DNA of 20,000 nt. Origin: Neophaeotheca triangularis. Lineage: Eukaryota. The notes under the pieces were generated by a model, which did no database searches, had not been told where the DNA came from, and saw only the letters and a list, made by a program, of their open reading frames with translations. The stretch lies in the NCBI GenBank assembly GCA_054600435.1, contig BAAIJX010000004.1:805159-825158 (forward strand), given 5' to 3'. Every line of letters starts with the position of its first letter. Positions within the stretch are counted from its first letter, which is position 1. Both the position numbers and the translations under genes were made by a program. This document shows positions 9,881 through 18,835 of the stretch, in pieces.

Positions 9881-10108
9881 GCTGGTAACATGCGTAGGAG
9901 CTCTCGGTATTAAGAGGCAATGCTTATGGAGAGGGGGAGAAGTAAATCTATCTATCTACCGCTGAGGACCCGCATGTCTCTTCCAGAGGTCCGTGCGCGC
10001 CAGGTAAAGCGAGGACTTTCCTCCGTTCAGCTTTCGTCCACCCTCCTGTCCATTATGTGCCGCATTCGGCTTCGTCTAATCTAGCGGAATAAATACACTT
10101 GGACGGAA
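9881..10108. promoter_or_regulatory. Short divergent promoter region between the TIGR04282 and TIGR04283 genes
   Basis: Only 228 bp separate the two head-to-head start codons. Confidence 0.55.
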
Positions 10109-11002
10109 ATGTTTGGTGTAGTCGTACTCTTAAGCGTGCTGCTTGCCGTCGCCATCCTCTACCTTGGTCGGAAGAGTAGCGAACGTTCTCAAAATGTCAG
10201 TACACTGAGCAAATCGCCCGATTCCAAAGCCTCTAGGTCCGTCGCGGTGATTGTGCCAACGCTCCAGGAGACTTCAGTACTTCCCAAGACCATCAATCGA
10301 CTATTTTCTCGAGCCAGCACTTCGAGCAAGGACGATAGCCCGCATGTAGCCGCCTCAATCACCGTCGTCGTGGTTGACGCCTCGCCTACCTCTGCTACCA
10401 GGGAGTGTCTCGACCCTCTAATGACTACTCAACCCTCGTTGCACCTAGTACATTATCCTGGAAAACCTTCACGAGGTGCGCAGATGAACTTCGGAGCCGC
10501 GCACGCTATCAAGCTGGCACCCGAAACCTCGACGTTCGTCTTCCTTCATGCCGACACTCACCTGCCGTTTGCGTGGAACGATGCCATCTGCACTCTTTTG
10601 TCTTCCACGCAAGTCCCGACTCTAGGATGCTTCAAGCTCTCCCTTTCGCCGCCTATCTCACTAGGTTTACAGACGATGCTGTGGTGCGCGAATCAGCGTG
10701 CGAAATGGGGCGGGTTGCCCTATGGGGATCAGTGCTATTTCCTATCTCGAGCTACCTACGATACCGTTCATGGATTCCCGTCGGTGCCTATCATGGAAGA
10801 TCTAGGTATGCTGCGGCGAATCTCACGGATAGGGCAAGTAGTTGTTCTCGACGCAGTAGTGGAGACCAATTCACGTCGGTGGAATAGAAAGGGCGTGCTG
10901 TGGAACACGGTACTCAACCAGATACTTGTCGCTGCCTGGCTGTGCGGTGCCTCGCATGAGAGTATCTATCGATGGTATTATGGTCGAGATGTCTCGGGCT
11001 AG
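10109..11002 (+). CDS. TIGR04283 family GT2 glycosyltransferase (rSAM/selenodomain-associated transferase 2; arsenosugar-associated) with N-terminal membrane anchor
   Basis: VIVPTLQE, VVVVD, RGAQMNFGA, FLHADT.LP, GLPYGDQ..F, GFP.VPIMED, TNSRRW...GVL..T.LN and Y.WYY match the family pattern; hydrophobic N-terminus FGVVVLLSVLLAVAILYL. Intronless. Confidence 0.9.
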   Translation: MFGVVVLLSVLLAVAILYLGRKSSERSQNVSTLSKSPDSKASRSVAVIVPTLQETSVLPKTINRLFSRASTSSKDDSPHVAASITVVVVDASPTSATRECLDPLMTTQPSLHLVHYPGKPSRGAQMNFGAAHAIKLAPETSTFVFLHADTHLPFAWNDAICTLLSSTQVPTLGCFKLSLSPPISLGLQTMLWCANQRAKWGGLPYGDQCYFLSRATYDTVHGFPSVPIMEDLGMLRRISRIGQVVVLDAVVETNSRRWNRKGVLWNTVLNQILVAAWLCGASHESIYRWYYGRDVSG

Positions 11003-11029
11003 TGTACGTTAGTACTACCGACTACTACC

Positions 11030-11688
11030 TATACGGGAATCTCACTCCTAGCTTATATAGACTTGTCATTAATAAAGCCTTATCAAATTAAAATCAATTC
11101 GCCTACTGTTTCGACTTGAACTTAGTGTTAAATCTAGACTAATTCAATTAAACTATAGACCTTAAAAACATTAGGGTCCTATAACACGTGAATTCCTAGG
11201 TTTAGTAGAAGGAATTCAACCCTAACTTCTATCCTTAAAAATATTAGACCCTAATGTCACCTAAATTCCTAGTATAACTACTCTAATAGTATAACTCTGT
11301 TTTACTAGCAAAATTTAGAAAATTAGTTTTTATAGAAGCTAGAGAGTTTTTAAAGACTCCTAGGCAGTTTTCCTACTAGATCTATAAAGCTCTAGCTTCC
11401 TTAAAAAACTATATAGAAGCTCTAGAAAACTCTATTACTTATAGGAAAACTAAGTATAGATTCTCCTAGATAGTATATTATTTATCTAGAACCTTAAGAA
11501 GTTTTCTAGGATTAACTTATAGTTTTCTTAGGAGAGAGTAGGTCTAAGGAAGCTAAGAAACTAAAAATTAAGTTAATAGAAACTCTAGAGCTTTCTAGAA
11601 AACTATAAGTACTTATAGAACTAAGGTACTTCTAAACTCCTAATAAATATACCCTCTAGAGCTATATAGGTCTAAGATAAGTCTAAAT
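11030..11688. repeat. AT-rich, heavily RIP-mutated repeat relic (left part, interrupted by the LTR element)
   Basis: Abrupt GC drop just after the GT2 stop; strong TpA excess and CpA/TpG depletion; no ORFs. The left boundary is approximate. Confidence 0.75.
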
Positions 11689-12107
11689 TGTTACGGCCAA
11701 GCTAAGCAGAGCTGGAATTCCTAGTCGGAGCCAGGGTCTAACCCTAAGGCTTACCGGACACGTGATCTCAGAACTAGCTAAGACGTTCGCTTAGACTTTA
11801 ACTAAGCATGCTCGCTTAGACTTAGACTGAGTCTAAGCCAGGACACTTAGGATCAGTCTAATCCTAAGCACGACGGATTAGTCAAGAACTGATCTAACAC
11901 GAATCTCCTATATATATAGCTAGCGATATTTCCTAGGTAGAGATTTATGTTTAACTCATGTTACAATCTTACTGAAAGGTCTATAGCGACACTTCACGTA
12001 TCTTTGAAATCCTTACGATAAAGGAAACACCCTTGCTAGCCTTCTTCGACATCTCTCCTCTTCCGCTACGAGCTCTACCCGTGAGACTACCTTGTAGGAT
12101 CGCAACA
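11689..12107 (+). repeat. 5' LTR
   Basis: TGTTAC...GCAACA; 13 mismatches to the 3' LTR by manual comparison. Confidence 0.95.
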
Positions 12108-12147
12108 CTTTAAACACCCTCTAGGAAAGAGAGATTAATAGGCAAGT

Positions 12148-14367
12148 ATGTCCCTATCCGATAACCGAGACGCAAGCGTCGCTAGCACTTAACGAGGAGT
12201 ATTAACTATGGTTACTAGTAAGGTTGCTAAACCGGACTACTTCTATAGCGAACGTAACAAGCTAGACGACTAGGTCAACTAGATGATGATGTTCTTCCTT
12301 ATAGAAAGCGTTAGTAAGTAGAAGCAACCTCTTACTACTGCTTCGTTCCTTCGAGGAGAAGCTTAACACTAGATCCGCCCTAAGCTTACGGATTTCCTTA
12401 TAGAACGAATCGACCCCGAAGGACTGTTCTCGAACTAGAAGTCTTTCGTCAAAGTTATCCGCAACGTCTATAGATTGAGCAACGATCGACAAGTTGCTAT
12501 CCGAATGATTTAGCACCTTACGTAGAAAACGTCTGCCTCTTAGTACACTGCCAAATTTCAGGAGCACTTAGCCAAGACTGACTAGGACGACAACGCTCTT
12601 ATGACCATGTACTACCGAGGACTTAAAGATAACGTGAAGGACGAACTTATACGCCACGGAGGCGATCAGTCAACTCTCCCCGGTATGATCAAATTAGCGA
12701 TTAAAGTTAATGACGCTCTCTACGAACGGTTTATAGAAAAACGCCACACTAGACAATTTCGCGGACGAACTAGCTATGCTACCGGCAGCCGGCCTGTCGG
12801 TTAGCAACGTCGCGATCCTAATGCGATAGAACTCGACTCTACGCAATAGCGTCCTAGGAAGGGCAGGGATGGAGGACGGGGCAAACAGAACGCCCTAGGC
12901 AAGAAACGGAACGGACCGGAATGCTATAACTACTACAAGATAGGGCACTATGTACGAGACTGCCGTGGGAAACAGATGCGCCCACGATAGGAGGTTAATG
13001 CGATTTTGACCCGACAGGATAACGACTCTCCTACCGATAAGAGCCGCGGAGCTTACGACATTACCGGAACCTACGAAGAACCGGAACACGACGAACTTTA
13101 CTAGAGGTTTTGCGAAAGGGATTATTGCTTAGTGCATAAAAGTCAAGGACTAGTAACTAACGGTATATCTACTAAACCTCGGAAGGAAGTGAACGTCATC
13201 GAACGAGTTACCCTAAAGTCCGGAACGGACGCACTAATCGAGCAATACTAGAAGCTTAGGGAGTTTCACGACGACTTAGTTAGTCATAAGGAATAGACTA
13301 AAGAGCACTTCAACCTTATGATCTAAGTAGCCGATTAGATAGCAGATCTGAACGACAGGATTAAGGCCATAACAGAGGAAGAATCTAAGTAACTACGCAA
13401 GCCTTAGAAGGAACTCAACATAATGTCAAGACGCTAACCATTATAGCAGTTAAGGGACGACGGCAACGCAGCCCGAGGAAGGTCCCCACCTCTATTTGTA
13501 TAGGAGGACGACAAACTGCAAGAAAACCAAGTACTATTACCGATGATGGCACTACTAACACCCGACTTAGACAACGAAGAAATATCTTAGACACTAGAAC
13601 TCACTGCGATCGTACTAACACCGGAGATTAGCCCCTTAAGACTATCGATGCCCCTAGAGATTCTAGAATCGTAAGAAGATACGACAGTGACGGATTCCGA
13701 AGACGACTCCGAATACGACTATACCGACGATAACGAACCAGACGATAACGACGTAGCAGAGTTCATTATGCACGGACTAAACCTAATCAAGAAGATAGTC
13801 ATTCACATTGCACGATCGTACGAAGAAGTGTTCCTAAGGATCTAAGGCAAGCGACGCTTAGAACCTAATCAATTCGAAGCCATGCTTATGCGATTACGAG
13901 CAATGTTCTAGGACTACCGAAAGGTCGCCGTCGAGTATGACGCTGCCACCTTTGTCTAGGACAGGCTACTAATGGGAAGCACTTTTCACGGAGAAAACGG
14001 CTACATTACGCTAGACGGGATACGAATCCCACATTCTATAAGACAACGAGTCAAAATAGTCAAGAATCGTTACAGAGAATTCTAGCTCATTTAGGAGCAA
14101 TGGAGAGAAGAAGAAATCACGCTACAAGAAATGAAGAAGCAAGTACAGGATTCCTTAGACTAATAGACTATAGTACCGCGCGACAAGTTCTTACTACTAG
14201 TCGACCGAAAGATGATCCTCGGACATGTTAAAGTAACCACACGAGGACCTATCACCGTACACGCAATCTAAGGAAAAGTCACGATCAGACCTCGGGACGG
14301 ACCCCTTTACTAGGAAGTCTCTCTCGAAACAGCGGATTTATCTACCTACTTCTCAAAAAACGAATAG
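12148..14367 (+). pseudogene. gag: gag pseudogene (long; many RIP stops)
   Basis: ATG at 12148; KVAKPDYFY.ERNKLDD, MYYRGLKDNVKDEL; degenerate CCHC knuckle ECYNYYKIGHYVRDC at ~12919-12963; frame ends with TCA AAA AAC GAA TAG. Confidence 0.8.
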
Positions 14368-17300
14368 GACCTGTCGCTAAGAGCGAGCGTTAGGAACTGA
14401 ACAACACAAATGCTTAACACGAAATAGCATTAGGAACGGTCTTCCGAACAACATGTACTGTCGACGGATACGAAACCCTCGCCATAATAGATTCCGGAGC
14501 CAGCGGAAACTTTATCTCGGAAACTTTCGTACGTTAGCATGGGCTAGCTACCTAGAAGAAAACAGATGGCGGGTACGAACTAATGGCCGTAGACGGCTTA
14601 TCACTACCCGACGTGGATAGCGAAACAGTACCGCTACTACTTGTCTTCTAAAAGCATCACGAGCGAATTGTCCTAGACGTTATGCCTATGGCTAGACATA
14701 ACGTCGTTCTAGGCACTCCTTGGTTAGAACGACACAATCCTATAGTGGATTAGAGAAAACGAGTACTTACATTCGACAGGTGTAGTTGCGTCACTACAAC
14801 CTACCCTGCGCGCCGGCAGCGATCGACGGCAGATAAGAGAAGGTAGATTAACGAGACATATCGCTAATCGACCACGATACTAATACGAATTGGATCGGAC
14901 TCTATAGGTGCCGAACTAGCCTAAACGGACTAACAAGTAAGAGTTAAGGAAGGAAGTCACGTACCTTTAGATATCCCTAGAGAATTCAGAAAATGGAAGC
15001 GCCTTTTCTAGGAAGAGGAAGGAGCAGCCGCTCTACCTAGACATTAACTATAGGACTACCGAATCGACATTCAGCCCGGTGCGAAGATACTATAGGGGCC
15101 ACTTTACGCGCTATCCGAAAAAGAGCTCGAAGAGTAACGACGATGGCTAGATGAAAAAATGAAGAAAGGATAGATTCGACCCTCTACTTCATTAGCCGCT
15201 TCACCACCGTTTTTCGTTCCGAAGAAAGGAGGAAAACTACGAATGGTTATCGATTTCAGACGACTTAATGCGATCACCACCAAAAACCGTTATCCACTAC
15301 CTAACATCGACGAAATAAGGGATCGACTCACCGGTTCACACTAGTTCACTAAGATCGATCTTCGAGATGCATTCTATTCAGTTAGAATAGCAAGGGGGGA
15401 AGAGTAGAAAACAGCTTTTCGAACGCGCTACGGACTTTACGAATTCCAGGTCATGCCTATAGGACTCACGAATGCCCTAGCAACCTATTAACAACTCGTT
15501 AACGACATCCTACGAGACCTACTCGATATCACTGTCATCGCTTACATCGACGACATATTGGTCTTCACGAAAGGATCACGAGAACAACATACTAAGGACG
15601 TACACGCAGTATTCGAACGACTCGACAAAGTAGACTTCAGAACAGCACTAGAGAAATGCGAGTTCTATAAGAAGGAAGTCGACTTTCTAGGTTTTGTGAT
15701 TAGCACTACCGGGATCCGAATAGACCCGAAGAAAACTTAATCGATCGAGGAATGGCTAACACCTAAGTTAGTCAAGGACATCTAAGCATTCCTCGGATTA
15801 GCTAACTACAATCGGAAATTCGTGAAGGATTACTTAAGGCTCGCTACGCCTCTAACTAACCTTACGAAAAAGGACACACCATTCGTATAGGGAAAGATTT
15901 AACAACAATCCTTCGACAAGCTTAAGGAGTCATGCACGACTGCTCCTACGCTAAGGATGTTTGACCCTAAGAAACCAATTCAAATCGAAACCGATGCCTC
16001 CGACAGAGCAATAGGAGCTTGCCTCACGTAGGAGGTTGAAAGTAAACGACACCCTATCGCTTACTTCTTAAGGAAGATGTCACTAGCGGAATAGAACTAC
16101 GAGATCTACGACAAAGAACTGCTCGCAATCGTTACAGCATTGCGATACTAGAGAGTGTACTGTAAAGGAGTAACCGGACTAACTATTTACTCGGATCACA
16201 AGAACCTGCAATACTTCATAACAACTAAGGAATTGTCACGCCGACAATGCAGATAGTTAGAGCTACTCGGACAATACAAGTTCGACATAGTCTACACTCC
16301 CGGAAAAGACAATAGGCGCGCCGACGCGCTAAGTAGAAGAAGCGACTACATAGAAGGACACCTTCTATAGCAACACCGTATACTGAAGGTTAATAAGGAC
16401 GGAAGCCTAAGCGCTAACCCCTAGGAATTTAACTTAGTACTACGAGTACTTAGGGATAACACCGAGGAATTCCCTGTCGAACATAGGAAGTTCAGGGTTC
16501 TAAACGAAAGGGAACGCTAGTGCATCTAGGACTACCACGATGGACCTACTAACGGACATCTAGGAATCGCTAGAACAGTAGAACACATTAGACGCAACTT
16601 CGTGTTCCCCGGAATGAGACAGAAGGTCTTAGAGTACATCAAGAAATGTACGAGCTGCTAACGAAACAAAGCTTCGAGACACGCTAAATATGGGAACCTA
16701 CAATTCTAGGAGCCACCGGATCTACCATGGAACGAGGTCACAATGGATTTTATCGTCAAGTTACTAAGATCTAAGGACCCGTCAACAAGCAAGAACTACG
16801 ATTCAATTCTAGTCATAGTCGATAGACTCACGAAGTATTCACATTTCGTTCCCTACAACGAGACAATCACTGTAGAAGAACTCGGATACCTTGTTCTCGA
16901 CAGATTAGTACGATACCACGGCATTCTAACGGTTCTAATTACGGATAGAGACAAGCTCTTCACATCTAACTACTAGAAGACCTTGATATTAGCGATAGGA
17001 GTGAAACACAAGCTCTTAACAGCATTTCACCCCGAAACCGATAGATAGACAGAACGCTCAAACTAATCCCTCGAGACGTACTTAAGACATTACGTTAACT
17101 ACGCTTAGGACAATTAGGTAGCGCTCTTACCTATAGTACAGCTCGCACTCAACAACAATGCCTTAGAAACGACAGGCTTAACTCCGTTCTATGCAAATTT
17201 CGGAAAGGATCTAAACACATTTATAGAACTAAAGCTAGGACCGCTCGTAGAAAGAGCCCTACAAACTTCTTCGTAGCTGTAGGAGGCACATAAATAGGCG

Positions 17301-17807
17301 AAAGACAAAATTACATAGTCGTAATAGCGACTCGAGTCATAAAGACATAAGGACTCCAAAACGGCACCTTAGCTTAAGAAGGGGGATAAGGTATACCTAC
17401 TCACGAAAAACCTAAAGACAAGGAGACGAACACGAAAACTAGACTATGTTAAAGTCGGACCGTTTCTAGTTAAAGAACAAAGAGGAAAAGTCAACTACCT
17501 CCTCTAACTCCTAAAAGACGCTAGAATCCACCTAGTCTTCCATATATCCTTGCTCGAACTAGTAGACCCCGAAACACTAATCCAAGACACCTTTCACTAC
17601 GATCCACTAGAGGAAGAAGCCGAGTACGAGGTCGAAAAGATTCTAGACAAGGACGGTTAGAACTACCTCGTGAAATGGAAAGGTTACCACGCAAGCGAAA
17701 ACACTTAGGAACCTAAGGACAACTTACTTAACTGCTAGAAGGCCCTGTAATAATATCATCAGGACCGAAATCCTAAAGCTCGGAAGGAAGATCTAAGCCG
17801 TCGATAG
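14355..17807 (+). pseudogene. pol: pol pseudogene: protease, RT, RNase H, integrase, chromodomain
   Basis: All domains share one frame: AIIDSGASGNF (14481), [22 protein letters not shown] (15543), IETDASD.AIGA, H..GH.G...C..C, MDFIVKL (16743), and chromodomain EYEVEKIL...YLVKWKGY..SENT*EP (17622). Stops mostly fall at Gln/Trp positions. Confidence 0.92.
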
Positions 17808-17856
17808 CACTCTAGTCCTACGTCGACATCTCTAGAATACTAACAAAGCCTAGACG

Positions 17857-18345
17857 CTACGCAACCTTAACCCTAGTGTTAACCGGACCCAAGAGATCTT
17901 CCTCTAACCGATCCACTTGCTCTAAATCCTCTAACTCTCTAGACACCGCGGTTTCCGTGCGACCCTTAGCATGACGAAGCTGTTTTCGCAACCGCAACTT
18001 TTTCGAACGACGCTCGTGCAGTTTTTGTAAAAGCTCGAGCTCCTCCTCCTTACACTCCTCCAACTGCCGTTGCAGTTTGTTGCGTGAATCTCTCCATTTT
18101 TCCCACTTAGGACGACTAAGCTTTGCGTCACACTTAGTATACCCTTTGCGTATATATTCCGAACACCGACTAGATCGAGCACTAATCATACATCGTACTG
18201 GTTCGGCCGAAGGCGATTTCCTCGTAGATCGACAGGCTAAACAGGGTGCCATATTGGTTGTTCTAGACTTCTCGATTTCGGCCGAGAGATTAAGACGTTG
18301 TTGTTTACGGGACAGGGTAGAAGACATCGCGAAACTTAATGACAA
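17857..18345 (-). CDS. Antisense accessory ORF of the retrotransposon: Zn2Cys6-like Cys motif plus coiled coil
   Basis: 162 open codons between pol and the PPT; PCLAC...RC...RCSE(Y)IRKGYTKC followed by a charged heptad-like helix. Expression unknown. Confidence 0.5.
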   Translation of the reverse strand: MSLSFAMSSTLSRKQQRLNLSAEIEKSRTTNMAPCLACRSTRKSPSAEPVRCMISARSSRCSEYIRKGYTKCDAKLSRPKWEKWRDSRNKLQRQLEECKEEELELLQKLHERRSKKLRLRKQLRHAKGRTETAVSRELEDLEQVDRLEEDLLGPVNTRVKVA

Positions 18346-18411
18346 AACGATGTGGGGAATGACGGAACTTTATCAGGCTTCGAGGACGAAGCTAGGCTAA
18401 AAGGGGGATAG

Positions 18412-18830
18412 TGTTACTGCTAAGCTAAGCAGAGCTAGAATTCCTAGTCGGAGCCAGGGTCTAACCCTAAGGCTTGCCGGACACGTGATCTTAGAACTAG
18501 CTAAGACGTTCGCTTAGACTTTAACTAAGTATGCTCGCTTAGACTTAGACTAAGTCTAAGCCAGGACACTTAGGATCAGTCTGATCCTAAGCACGACGGA
18601 TTAGTCAAGAACTGATCTAACACGAATCTCCTATGTATATAGCTAGCGATATTTCCTAGGTAGAGATTTGTGTTCAACTCATGTTACAATCTTACTGAAA
18701 GGTCTATAGCGACACTTCACGTATCTTTGAAATCCTTACGACAAAGGAAACACCCTTGCTAGCCTTCTTCGACATCTCTCCTCTTCCGCTACGAGCTCTA
18801 CCCGTGAGACTACCTTGTAGGATCGTAACA
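18412..18830 (+). repeat. 3' LTR
   Basis: TGTTAC...GTAACA; preceded by the PPT and followed by the TSD TAAAT. Confidence 0.95.
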
Positions 18831-18835
18831 TAAAT

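Larger units (their letters stand above)
11689..18830 (+). mobile_element. Full-length Ty3/Gypsy chromovirus LTR retrotransposon, RIP-inactivated
   Basis: Paired 419-bp LTRs (TG...CA); TSD TAAAT at 11684-11688 and 18831-18835; PPT AAAAGGGGGATAG at 18399-18411; domain order gag-PR-RT-RH-IN-chromo. Confidence 0.96.

Noticed and set aside
5958..11002. Bacterial contamination as the source of the ars genes
   Set aside because: arsS has fungal-type introns, the genes are divergent rather than operonic, and they are contiguous with fungal genes and RIPed repeats.
11780..11900. Short CTTAGAC/CTAAG repeats in the LTR as a CRISPR-like or satellite array
   Set aside because: Irregular U3 sub-repeats accentuated by RIP; no constant repeat-spacer period.
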